Shown in pieces: positions 26,063-34,540 of a stretch of DNA of 64,000 nucleotides (position 1 is the first letter of the stretch; the number at the start of each line of letters is the position of its first letter). Source of the DNA: a virus (Duplodnaviria; Caudoviricetes); the IMG/VR virus record IMGVR_UViG_3300037466_003849, positions 1 through 64,000 of that record. One strand, 5' to 3'. Made by a program: the position numbers and the translations under genes. A model generated the notes under the pieces. It saw only the letters and a program-made list of their open reading frames with translations. It was not told where the DNA came from and searched no databases.

Positions 26063-26426
26063 CGGCTGGATACACGGCGCGCTGTGCCGCGCCGAGCGGG
26101 ACTTCGCGGGGGTGGCAGCGGAGCTCTACACCGGCCTGTGCGGGTGGTGCACCCTCGGCATCCTCACCCACGTCCGCTATCCGCTGCTCAACCCCGCCAG
26201 CGTCGACTTCGGCGCCGAGGCGTACAAGAGCACGCCGGAGACCGAGATCCTCGCCGTGGTGATCGTCGATCTGGGCTACGAGGCGCCGGGTGAGTCCAGC
26301 CTGGTCGACGTGCCGCAGGACGTGACCGCCGTCGTCGACTTCAACGATTCCCCCGGCCGCACCTTCGCCCAGGTCGAGGAGGTCTTCCTCAAGGCCATCG
26401 CCCTGGCCCACGAGCGGGGCCTGTAG
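26013..26426 (+). CDS. DUF6197-like phage protein
   Basis: L.KA.E.L..DGW..G...CTLG...FND.PGRT..QV..VF.KA. Confidence 0.65.
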   Translation: MTIKENLTKALEQLRADGWIHGALCRAERDFAGVAAELYTGLCGWCTLGILTHVRYPLLNPASVDFGAEAYKSTPETEILAVVIVDLGYEAPGESSLVDVPQDVTAVVDFNDSPGRTFAQVEEVFLKAIALAHERGL

Positions 26427-26623
26427 TGCACGCCCGCGAGTACGCCAAGGGTGACCTCGTCACCGCGCCGGACCACGACGGCGCCCTGATCGTCCGGGCC
26501 ATCCGCACCTGGCCCTTCGAGTACGCCGAGTGCGTCACCACCGACCGCCTGCTGGTCGCCATCCCCACCTCCCGCTTGATGAAGCTGTCGAGCCTCTGGT
26601 TCGCCATGCGGAAAGAGATCTGA
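26426..26623 (+). CDS. Small hypothetical protein
   Basis: Coupled to neighbours. Confidence 0.5.
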   Translation: MHAREYAKGDLVTAPDHDGALIVRAIRTWPFEYAECVTTDRLLVAIPTSRLMKLSSLWFAMRKEI

Positions 26624-26862
26624 TGAAAACCCTCAAGTCCCTCGTCAAAGGCTTTGTCTCCGACGCGATCTGGGTAACCTTCGTCGCCGTCGCCGCCTTC
26701 CTCGTCTACCTGCTCGCCGACCTCATCGTGTGGATGGGCGAGGACATCATCTCGGCCCTGATCAGCCTCGCGTGCGGCGCGGGGGCTGGCCTGGTCGTGC
26801 TCACCGGCTTCCGGCTGCTGGCGCTGTCGATGCGGCGGGCGGACAGCGACGACGATGCCTAA
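26623..26862 (+). CDS. Small 2-TM membrane protein
   Basis: TGATG overlap; two hydrophobic helices. Confidence 0.65.
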   Translation: MKTLKSLVKGFVSDAIWVTFVAVAAFLVYLLADLIVWMGEDIISALISLACGAGAGLVVLTGFRLLALSMRRADSDDDA

Positions 26863-27415
26863 CCGCAACAAGATCCGCGGCGACGCCTACGAGCGGGCCG
26901 GGCGGGACTTCTTCCGCGCCAACGGATTCCCCGGTGCCGAACGGACCAAGGCGGGCTACGAGCGCGACGGCGGCGACCTCCATCTCGATCCCGTGATCGG
27001 CATGGCGCCCGGCGTGATCGGCCAGTCGAAGGACGTGGTCACTCCGCAGTGGAAGGAATGGATCGCCAAGCTGCGCGAGCAGATCGTCAACGCCAACGCC
27101 GAGGTCGGCTTCATCATCTGGCGCCGCCGCGGCATCCCGGATGTCGGCGAGCACCTGGTGATCATGCCCGCCCGCGAGTTCTCGATGCTGCTGCGCCGGG
27201 CTGGATACGGCGACCCGCTGCCGATCACCGATCGCTGCCAGCGCTGCGGGACGCAGATCGACTGGGTCGACTGCCCGACCGGCGGGTGGTGGGCACATCG
27301 GGACCATCCGGCCGACGACCACGACGCCGTCAGTGCAACCAAGGAGGTCGTCGAGTCGATCGACGACAACGGCCTGTGGTTCGCCGTCGGCACGGCACCG
27401 AAGAAGCGCCGATGA
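26855..27415 (+). CDS. Holliday-junction-resolvase-like PD-(D/E)XK nuclease
   Basis: NK.RGDAYER..RDFF..NGF..AER, GDL, QSKD, W...L.EQ..NA. Confidence 0.8.
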   Translation: MPNRNKIRGDAYERAGRDFFRANGFPGAERTKAGYERDGGDLHLDPVIGMAPGVIGQSKDVVTPQWKEWIAKLREQIVNANAEVGFIIWRRRGIPDVGEHLVIMPAREFSMLLRRAGYGDPLPITDRCQRCGTQIDWVDCPTGGWWAHRDHPADDHDAVSATKEVVESIDDNGLWFAVGTAPKKRR

Positions 27416-27915
27416 GCGCCCGCGCGGTGATCGCCGACGTGGACGGCACCCTCTGCGATGTCTCCACCGCGCTGCACCACCTGCCCGATTTCACGAAGTT
27501 CCACCAGGCCACCTCTGAATGCCCGGCCACCCCCGAGGTTGTGGAGTGGTGCCGGATCATGCAGTCGACCGGCTGTGTGATCGCTGTCGTCACCGCGCGC
27601 AAATACCAGCACCAGGAGCTGACCGAGCGCTGGCTGGCCCGGCACTTGGACTTCCCGTATATCGGCCCGTTCATGCGCGGCGACCACGATGACCGGCCGG
27701 ACACCGAGGTGAAGCGCGATATCCATCGAATCCTCACCGAGGACTACGGATTTCGCATCCAGGCAGCCATCGACGACCGGCCGAGCGTCATCCGCTTCTG
27801 GCAGTCGATGGGCGTGCCGGTCCGGGTGGTCTACCGCCGGGATTGGGAGGCCGCGGGCGAGAGCTACGAGGGCCTGCTCGGCGAGAACTCGCTGATCGCG
27901 CAGGGGCGCCGATGA
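27412..27915 (+). CDS. HAD-family phosphatase (T4 PNK phosphatase-like)
   Basis: DVDGTL, VTAR, MR..D.RPD.EVK, DDRP.V..FW. Confidence 0.85.
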   Translation: MSARAVIADVDGTLCDVSTALHHLPDFTKFHQATSECPATPEVVEWCRIMQSTGCVIAVVTARKYQHQELTERWLARHLDFPYIGPFMRGDHDDRPDTEVKRDIHRILTEDYGFRIQAAIDDRPSVIRFWQSMGVPVRVVYRRDWEAAGESYEGLLGENSLIAQGRR

Positions 27916-28067
27916 ACTGGCCCGCCCGCGGCTCCCGGCCGCTGCTGCGGCGTATGGAGAAGCTCCTGCGCCGCCGAATCGACACCGTCACCGACGAAGT
28001 CGTCGATGGCCACGCCCGCATGGTCATCACCTTCGTCGATAACCCGAAACCGAAAGGACACCGATGA
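27912..28067 (+). CDS. Small hypothetical protein (51 aa)
   Basis: ATGA overlaps on both sides. Confidence 0.5.
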   Translation: MNWPARGSRPLLRRMEKLLRRRIDTVTDEVVDGHARMVITFVDNPKPKGHR

Positions 28068-28450
28068 GCGCCACCGATATCTGGGAGATGCTCCCCGAAG
28101 CCGCGGAGCGCAAGGAGTTCCGCGCCCGCGCCGCCCTCCTCGACATGCTGGCCGAGGCGATCGTGACCGGCGACGAGAAGGAGATCGGCGAGCGCCTTGG
28201 CCTCGCTCCGATCCTCGTGGGCCAGCTCGCCAGCCGCGAGATGTGGGAGTTCACCAGCGCCCAGCTGGCTGTCTACGCCTGGCGCCTGGGCCTGAATCCG
28301 CAGGCGCCAGTAGACAAGCTGAAGGCCGCCGTAGCGGAGTATGTCGCTCGCGACATCGGCGAATTCTCGGTCAAGTACGAATCCCTCAACAGGGTCCACA
28401 TCACCGCGGAGCTCGCGCCGGGTCGGCTCACGGCGGGGTATCTCCGATGA
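28064..28450 (+). CDS. HTH protein resembling HTH_37/HigA-type antitoxins
   Basis: RARAALLDML.EAI...IGERLGL...V.QL....EFT..QL..YA.RLG. Confidence 0.55.
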   Translation: MSATDIWEMLPEAAERKEFRARAALLDMLAEAIVTGDEKEIGERLGLAPILVGQLASREMWEFTSAQLAVYAWRLGLNPQAPVDKLKAAVAEYVARDIGEFSVKYESLNRVHITAELAPGRLTAGYLR

Positions 28451-28572
28451 AGAACAAACTCGCCGCGATCCTGACCCACCGGGCCTTCCCGATCGCCCTC
28501 GACCTCATCGCCGACGCGATCACGCTGTTTCTCGTCCTGCGCTGGGCCTACGGGGATCTCGATGATGAATGA
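28447..28572 (+). CDS. 41-aa membrane peptide
   Basis: ATGA overlap; hydrophobic helix. Confidence 0.5.
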   Translation: MKNKLAAILTHRAFPIALDLIADAITLFLVLRWAYGDLDDE

Positions 28573-28885
28573 CATCCCGACCCCGGCGTTCGTCACCACG
28601 ACGGACGCCGGGGGGCCGCACGACGCCGAGAGCTACCGGGCAGGCTTCGAGATGGGCCTGCTCCAGATGTCGCTGATCCGCCAGAGCATCGCCGCGGACC
28701 TGCTGGGCAATCCGAGCCTGTTCGATCCACTGCTCGAAGGCTTCGTGATCAGCGCCGCCAACCAGCCGCAGGCCGACCTCATCGCCATGGCCGCGGGCTA
28801 CGTCGCGACGTTCTCCGAGATCCCCGGCCACCTCGAGCTGATGCGCATGGACCTCAAGCGGGGCACCGGGTTGGAGCGCCGCTGA
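28562..28885 (+). CDS. Hypothetical protein
   Basis: Operon position; GGP..D.ESY.AGFEMG motif. Confidence 0.65.
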   Translation: MMNDIPTPAFVTTTDAGGPHDAESYRAGFEMGLLQMSLIRQSIAADLLGNPSLFDPLLEGFVISAANQPQADLIAMAAGYVATFSEIPGHLELMRMDLKRGTGLERR

Positions 28886-29163
28886 TGCTGTTCATCTGCT
28901 CCCGCACCAACAACGGCCCCGAGCAGGTCGACCTCGTCGGCGAGCCCGAGTCTCCGGTCGAGATCAGCGCCGAGCTGGTCGACGGCGGCTGGGATCGGGT
29001 CACCCGCAACGGCGTCGATGTGACTATCCGCGCCGACAACGGCACCTGGACCTACCGCATCGCCAGCTACGACATCGACCGCAAGGTCTACATCGCCAAC
29101 CTGCTCCCCACGGCGCAGGAAATCCCCGAATCGAACGAAACCGAAAGGGACACAACGCAATGA
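28885..29163 (+). CDS. Hypothetical protein
   Basis: TGATG overlap. Confidence 0.6.
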   Translation: MLFICSRTNNGPEQVDLVGEPESPVEISAELVDGGWDRVTRNGVDVTIRADNGTWTYRIASYDIDRKVYIANLLPTAQEIPESNETERDTTQ

Positions 29164-29729
29164 CGGAACTGTACGCACCTGTCCAGGTCGTCGTCGACAC
29201 CGACAAACTCCTCGATCAGATCGGATGGCGCGAGACCGACTACAACTACGAAGGCGAGGAGTACGAGCAGACCGGCCCGGCCAACCTGCGCAAGGGCCTC
29301 GCCGCCGAGGTCGCAAAAGTCCTTGCGCCGCAGCTCCGTTCGGAGATGGTCGAGGTCGTCCGCGAGGTGGCCAACGAGGTCGCCCACGAGCGCGTCGCCG
29401 CTGTGGTCGACGAGGTGATGGCGGGGGAGATCCGCAAGACCAACTCCTGGGGCGAGCCCACCGGCGAGCCGGTCACCCTGCGCGAGATCCTCGTCGCCGA
29501 GGTGAAGACAGCGCTGGAGCGCAAGGTCGACACCCATGGCCGCCCAGCTGGCTACAGCCGTGACGGTATGCCCTACGTCGACTACGTCGCCCGCACCGCA
29601 GCCGCCGAGGCGATCAAGGGCGAGCTGGCCCCCGCGGTGAAGGATGCCGTCGCCGAGGTGAAGTCGAAGGTCACCTCGATCGTGTCCGAGCACCTGGCCG
29701 CTCAGATCACGCGCGAGGTGGTCCGGTGA
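29160..29729 (+). CDS. Hypothetical helical phage protein
   Basis: RBS GAAAGGG; TNSWGEP.GEP.TLRE motif. Confidence 0.7.
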   Translation: MTELYAPVQVVVDTDKLLDQIGWRETDYNYEGEEYEQTGPANLRKGLAAEVAKVLAPQLRSEMVEVVREVANEVAHERVAAVVDEVMAGEIRKTNSWGEPTGEPVTLREILVAEVKTALERKVDTHGRPAGYSRDGMPYVDYVARTAAAEAIKGELAPAVKDAVAEVKSKVTSIVSEHLAAQITREVVR

Positions 29730-30391
29730 GCGAGCTCGAAACCCTCAAGGCGCTCCTGGACAAGGACTGGAACGCGCTGACCGATGTCGGCGTCACTGTC
29801 GACGGCTTCCAGACCGTCGACTGCATCGGCGGCGGCCAAACCCGCTGGCACGAAATCATGGAGATGATCACCCGCGGCCCGTCCGGCCAGAATTACCGGT
29901 GGACCTACGGCCGGGGCCTGACCGAGTGCCAGGAAGAACCCCTTGAGCCCGACACCCGTCAGATCACGCCGGTCGTCCCGGCCCTGGCGAACATCGAGGT
30001 GCTCATCTGGACGCCCGGCGAGGGCACCGAACCCGCCCAGGCCCACACCTACGTCCCCTTCGTCGAGCGCAACGACAACGAGGGCGAGACCTGGACCGCC
30101 TGGATTCAGCTGGACGGCAACGAAGCCGAGCTCGGCCGCCTCGCCGCGTACCTGACGCGCATCAACGGCGACAGCGAAGATCCCGAATACACCCTCGACC
30201 TCGCCGAGGGCTACACCGAGCGCGATGTCGACGTGCTGATCAAGCACGGTGCCGACGGCTACATGGCCCAGCATCGCCGCCTCGTCGGCCGCCTGGTGCT
30301 GGGCGAGCACCTCGACGACAGCGACGGCGAGGTGCTGCCCGGCGACCTGTTCTACAAGGGCGGCATCAACGACTTCATGAAGGAGTCCTGA
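29726..30391 (+). CDS. Hypothetical two-domain protein
   Basis: RW..GLTECQE domain, then ERND.EGETW..GYM..FYKGGI domain. Confidence 0.7.
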   Translation: MSELETLKALLDKDWNALTDVGVTVDGFQTVDCIGGGQTRWHEIMEMITRGPSGQNYRWTYGRGLTECQEEPLEPDTRQITPVVPALANIEVLIWTPGEGTEPAQAHTYVPFVERNDNEGETWTAWIQLDGNEAELGRLAAYLTRINGDSEDPEYTLDLAEGYTERDVDVLIKHGADGYMAQHRRLVGRLVLGEHLDDSDGEVLPGDLFYKGGINDFMKES

Positions 30392-30392
30392 A

Positions 30393-30965
30393 ATGCGAAA
30401 GATCCCAACGCTGTTCGTCCGCCACATCGACTTCGAGAACTCCCACATCACCGAGGCGATCACCCCCGGCTGCGAGTGGGTCGCCGAGGGTCTGGGCGTC
30501 GCCACGGCGAAGTGGGACGGCGTCGCCACGATGCTCGACGCGTACGGCAACTGGTGGGCGCGCCGCGAGGTCCGCGAGGGCCGCCCGTTCCCGCCGGTGT
30601 ACCTGACGGTGCAGCGCGACCCGAACACCGGCAAGACCGTGGGGTGGGAGCCGATCGAGCAGTCCGGCTACCGCAAGGCGTTCGGCGATGCGTGCGGCGA
30701 CTCCGAACGCAGGCCGGGCACCTTCGAGCTGATCGGCCCGAAGGTCAACGGCAACCCGCACGGTGTCGGCGCCCATCACCTGATCCGCCACGGCACGACC
30801 GAGATCCCCGGCGCCCCGCGGTCATTCGACACCCTGCGTGCCTACCTGCGCAGCAAGCCTTCGGTGCCGGACGGCCTCACCGCAATCGAGGGCATCGTCT
30901 TCTGGTCCGAGCCGGGCAACCTCGACGCCCCCATGGCCAAGATCAAGGTCAGGGATTTCCGGTGA
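30393..30965 (+). CDS. Putative RNA ligase (nucleotidyltransferase, KxDG)
   Basis: KIPTLF, AKWDG, ELIGPKVNGNP, EGIVF, MAKIK motifs. Confidence 0.75.
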   Translation: MRKIPTLFVRHIDFENSHITEAITPGCEWVAEGLGVATAKWDGVATMLDAYGNWWARREVREGRPFPPVYLTVQRDPNTGKTVGWEPIEQSGYRKAFGDACGDSERRPGTFELIGPKVNGNPHGVGAHHLIRHGTTEIPGAPRSFDTLRAYLRSKPSVPDGLTAIEGIVFWSEPGNLDAPMAKIKVRDFR

Positions 30966-31279
30966 GGCTCATCAGGACCATCGCCTACGGCCTGCGCATC
31001 GTCGGCGTCGGCCTCATCCGGCGAGCCTTCTCCGTCGGCGGCCGGTGCGGGATGGGTCCGCAGTCCGACGAGGAGCTGCTGGAGTGGCTGCGCTCGCTGG
31101 CGGGGCCGAAGCCGACCTTCGAGGGTGGCGTGCTGCTCGGCAGCTCCATGGAGAAAGATGCCGCGATCGTCCTCACCCCCGGCTACTACAGCACCGACGG
31201 CGGCAAGACCTGGGTGGAGAATCCGACGGCCGAGCAGATCCAGGCCGCCCTCGACAAGCGCCGCAAGGCGCCGCGGTGA
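30962..31279 (+). CDS. Hypothetical protein
   Basis: GTGA overlap. Confidence 0.5.
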   Translation: MRLIRTIAYGLRIVGVGLIRRAFSVGGRCGMGPQSDEELLEWLRSLAGPKPTFEGGVLLGSSMEKDAAIVLTPGYYSTDGGKTWVENPTAEQIQAALDKRRKAPR

Positions 31280-31383
31280 GCGAGGCCGAGTACCCGCCCG
31301 GTCGTGAGAAGGCCCTGGCGATCACGAAATTGGAGGAGGCGATGCTCTGGGCCAACGCCGCCATCGCCCGGCAGATCAGCTGA
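31276..31383 (+). CDS. 35-aa Acb2/Tad1-hairpin-like peptide (possibly truncated)
   Basis: PPGREKALAITKLEEAMLWANAAIAR. Confidence 0.6.
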   Translation: MSEAEYPPGREKALAITKLEEAMLWANAAIARQIS

Positions 31384-31473
31384 TCCCTTTTTCAGCAGTA
31401 ACCGGCGGCGGCACCTCGCCGCCGCCGTGACCTGCACAGATCTTTTTGCACAGTAACTTCCGAGGAGACACCG

Positions 31474-31581
31474 ATGTCCTGCATCTACGCCCTGCTGCAC
31501 CCGCTGCTGCACCACCCGATCGCCACCCTGGAGCTGCACGCGCACCTGTTCGTCGCGCCGATCAAGGTGCTGCCGTGGTAG
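31474..31581 (+). CDS. 35-aa His-rich hydrophobic peptide
   Basis: RBS GAGGAG; MSCIYALLHPLLHHPIATLELHAHLFVAPIKVLPW. Confidence 0.5.
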   Translation: MSCIYALLHPLLHHPIATLELHAHLFVAPIKVLPW

Positions 31582-31859
31582 ACCAGCTCACCCCCGAGGA
31601 TCTCGACGGCCTGCGCGAGCTCTACGCCGACGACGCCAGCGTGGTCGGCGTGGTCGAGCTCGCGATCCGGCTGCGTGATGAGCTCGCCGTGGCGAAGGCG
31701 GCGCTGGAGGCCATCAAGGCCGCCGACCCGGACCTGTTCGACCCCACCGGCGGCAACCGCCGCGGCCGGGCCTACGAGACCTACGGATCGGCCGGGCATG
31801 ACCTGCGTGAGCGGTACCTCGCCGCAGTCGGCGAGACGCTGGGGGATGGCGATGAGTGA
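31575..31859 (+). CDS. Hypothetical protein
   Basis: GTG overlapping upstream stop. Confidence 0.55.
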   Translation: MVDQLTPEDLDGLRELYADDASVVGVVELAIRLRDELAVAKAALEAIKAADPDLFDPTGGNRRGRAYETYGSAGHDLRERYLAAVGETLGDGDE

Positions 31860-32343
31860 GTCTCCGGAATTGGCGCAGGCGACTCTCACCTTGGCGCGCG
31901 TGGCCGACGAACTCGGTTGCACCCGTGACCAGTTGGATCTCTGGTTCGCCCGCGGCGTCGTCGCCGAGCGGGACGGCCTGCGCTCGCAGCTGGCCGGGCT
32001 GGTCGCCTGGAGGGGCAAATTCCTCGCCCAGGCGCGCCGGGCGATCGTGGATGCGGATCGCTTTCGTCGCATCTACGACCCCGAGCAGCCGGACCTCGGC
32101 ATCGTGATCGACACCGTGCTCGACGACCGCGACGCCCTGCGCGCCCGCGTGGACGAGCTGGAGTCCTTCGTCGTCGACCTGGCCTTCCATGGCACTCGCC
32201 ACGACCTCAACCCGACGATGAACATGGCCGACGTGGACGTGCTCTACACCGGCATGTCCGACTACCTGCGCTCCATGGACGAAACGATCCGCCGCCGCGC
32301 CAAGGCACTGCTGCCCGAGAAAGAGACCAAGGCCGATGAGTGA
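31852..32343 (+). CDS. Hypothetical coiled-coil protein
   Basis: RBS GGGGGA; operon position. Confidence 0.6.
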   Translation: MSESPELAQATLTLARVADELGCTRDQLDLWFARGVVAERDGLRSQLAGLVAWRGKFLAQARRAIVDADRFRRIYDPEQPDLGIVIDTVLDDRDALRARVDELESFVVDLAFHGTRHDLNPTMNMADVDVLYTGMSDYLRSMDETIRRRAKALLPEKETKADE

Positions 32344-32548
32344 CAACGAATTCCGCCCCATCGTCGACATCGACGAACTGCACGCCATCCCGGTCGGCAA
32401 GTTCGTCGAGGCCGACGGAATCCTGTACAAGAAGGTGCGCACCCGCAAGGGCTTCCAGTGGCGCGTCGTCCACCAGTACACGAGCTCGCAGCTGTTCCGC
32501 CACAACGAGGAGATCCGCATCAAGGTGGGGGTCGCCGACGATGAGTGA
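32336..32548 (+). CDS. Small hypothetical protein
   Basis: Coupled overlap. Confidence 0.6.
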   Translation: MSDNEFRPIVDIDELHAIPVGKFVEADGILYKKVRTRKGFQWRVVHQYTSSQLFRHNEEIRIKVGVADDE

Positions 32549-32978
32549 CTTTCGCGTGCTCGTCACCGGCTCGCGCGATCACCCAAAGCGCGGCCTGGTC
32601 TTCGAGGCCCTGGACGCTGTGCTGTTCGACAAGTGCCAGCCCGGCGGCAAGCTGACCGTCGTCCACGGCGCCTGCCCTACTGGCGCCGATGCCTACGCCT
32701 CGGAATGGTGCCAGCTGTGGTCGGCACAAGTGATCGAGGAGAAGCACCCCGCCGACTGGAACACCTGCACAGAGCGCTGCTACCACAAGCCCCGGCCGGA
32801 CGGTCGCTGCCCGGCTGCCGGACCCCGCCGCAACGGCGAGATGGTCGCCCTCGGTGCGGATCTGGTGCTCGGCTTCCCATTGCCTGGCGCGTGGACGAAC
32901 TCCCGCGGCACCTACAACTGCCTGCGCCAGGCCATGCAGGCGGGCCTGGAGGTCAAGAAGCTGGTCTACAGCGTCTGA
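32541..32978 (+). CDS. SLOG / DUF2493 (YspA-like) protein
   Basis: RVLVTGSRD, VVHGACPTGAD, AAGPRRN.EM, SRGT..C...A..AG. Confidence 0.88.
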   Translation: MSDFRVLVTGSRDHPKRGLVFEALDAVLFDKCQPGGKLTVVHGACPTGADAYASEWCQLWSAQVIEEKHPADWNTCTERCYHKPRPDGRCPAAGPRRNGEMVALGADLVLGFPLPGAWTNSRGTYNCLRQAMQAGLEVKKLVYSV

Positions 32979-32992
32979 CCGACCGCAGATAC

Positions 32993-33027
32993 GACAACGC
33001 CCCCGGTGCTCAATCGGGGGCGTTGTC
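32993..33027. terminator. Probable bidirectional terminator
   Basis: GACAACGCCCCCG-N9-CGGGGGCGTTGTC between convergent operons. Confidence 0.75.
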
Positions 33028-33075
33028 TGGTTTGCGGCAGCAACTGCATCTGTAGTTGTTGTCGCCTCGACGGTA

Positions 33076-33366
33076 TCAGGAGTTGCGGTGCGCCGCCTCC
33101 ATGGCCTCGCGCTCGGCCTTGAACTCCTCGATCGTCCGATAGCCGTCCCAGACGAGCCCCCGCCGCGCCAGCGCGAGCTTGTCCTGCATGTTCACCATGG
33201 CCTCGTCGATGCCGAGGCAGACGGCCGGATCGCCCTGGAAGGCATAGCGATACCGCTTCGGGTCATTCGAGTCGGAGGGGTCGGAGATGTGGCCCATCAC
33301 CTTCTCGCCGACGATCGCGGCGTACTCCTCGTTGAGGGCCTTCAATTCGTCCAGCTTCTTGCTCAT
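33076..33366 (-). CDS. Hypothetical protein (96 aa)
   Basis: RBS GAAAGGA, ATG 33366. Confidence 0.65.
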   Translation of the reverse strand: MSKKLDELKALNEEYAAIVGEKVMGHISDPSDSNDPKRYRYAFQGDPAVCLGIDEAMVNMQDKLALARRGLVWDGYRTIEEFKAEREAMEAAHRNS

Positions 33367-33380
33367 GTTCGTCCTTTCGA

Positions 33381-33602
33381 TCAGTAGTCGGGCAGCGGTT
33401 CGCCCGCGGCGCAGGCGGGGCAGTTGTCGGTGCAGGCCGTCCACGCGGAGGAGTAGATCGGCCGCCCGTTGGCGTAGCGCGGGTGCTGCCGCATCCGGTG
33501 GCCGTTGACGGCGAGGTAGGGCTTCTCCTGCTCGGCCTGCCACGCCAGCTGCTCCCGCTCGGTCATGGCCGCGTAGTCGTCGGCGCCGAGGGATCGCATC
33601 AT
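33381..33602 (-). CDS. Small Cys-containing protein (73 aa)
   Basis: ATGA overlap; CTDNCPAC. Confidence 0.6.
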   Translation of the reverse strand: MMRSLGADDYAAMTEREQLAWQAEQEKPYLAVNGHRMRQHPRYANGRPIYSSAWTACTDNCPACAAGEPLPDY

Positions 33603-34150
33603 GCCTCCGGCGCGTACTGCTTGACGAGGTCCTGGATGAACTGCGGCGCCGCGGCGAGCCCTCCTGGCACGTCGATGGAGTGCCATTCTTCGGCGCCTAG
33701 GACCTGACTGACTGCGCCGTCCTTCTTGTAGATCGGGCCTTCGGCCGTGACGCGCCAGCACTCCCAGTCTTTGCCACGCTCCCTTCGATACTGGATGACG
33801 AGGCCGTTGGGCCGGTACTTCGCGCTGCCCGGCCGGGTGAAGTGCAGGCCCGTCCCGGCAGTGACATCCGGGGCGTCGTCGAGGTAGAGGACGACCTTGT
33901 GCTCGAATTCCTCGCCAGTAACCTTCATAGCCGCCTCCTCCGTTACGGTCACGCTGTCCTGCTGGGCCAGCACGTGCTCGACTGGGTCGTGCGGGCCGAC
34001 GTAGGCGAGCGTCTCACCCAGCGGGTAGTCACCGGCATGGTAGATCTGCCGCAGCTCGCCGCTGACGCTTTTGCCGTCGCCGTCCTTGAAGACGACCGTC
34101 TTCCCGATGTGACGGGCGCTGAGGTCGCCCGCGGTCAATGTCTCTGTCAT
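33599..34150 (-). CDS. Hypothetical protein, probably two fused genes
   Basis: Internal GGAGG-spaced ATG (MKVTG...). Confidence 0.65.
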   Translation of the reverse strand: MTETLTAGDLSARHIGKTVVFKDGDGKSVSGELRQIYHAGDYPLGETLAYVGPHDPVEHVLAQQDSVTVTEEAAMKVTGEEFEHKVVLYLDDAPDVTAGTGLHFTRPGSAKYRPNGLVIQYRRERGKDWECWRVTAEGPIYKKDGAVSQVLGAEEWHSIDVPGGLAAAPQFIQDLVKQYAPEA

Positions 34151-34231
34151 GTCGAACCCTTTGCTGTGGCCGATGTTTCCACCGGCCGGGCCGGGCTACC
34201 AGCGGGGTGCTGATAACCCGGCTTATCGGTG

Positions 34232-34540
34232 TCAGGGCTTGCGCGAGCCGGGGGTGGGGGAGTCGCCGTCGAGCCACTTCTTGGCGGCGTCGACGATGTC
34301 GTAGCCCATCTCCTCTGCCTCGCCGACAGCGAGGGTGCAGATCGGCCCGTACTCCTCGCCGCCGAAGGCGTAGGACAGCGTGGTCAGCATTCCGCGCTGC
34401 CCCGGCGCGCTGTGGTCACCGGCGAAGTCGGCGGTGAACCAATCCTCGTCCTTGACGAACAGCACTCGGGTGGCCGTCGATTCAGGGATGCTCCAGCCCT
34501 TCTCGATGGCGTAGGCGGTGACGATGTCGCGGTCGGTCAC
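34232..34540 (-). CDS. Hypothetical acidic protein
   Basis: GTGA overlap. Confidence 0.6.
   Translation of the reverse strand: MTDRDIVTAYAIEKGWSIPESTATRVLFVKDEDWFTADFAGDHSAPGQRGMLTTLSYAFGGEEYGPICTLAVGEAEEMGYDIVDAAKKWLDGDSPTPGSRKP

Noticed and set aside
31403-31427. Hairpin with ACCT-containing loop as a member of the GACCTAT family
   Set aside because: Only four loop bases match and the loop size differs.
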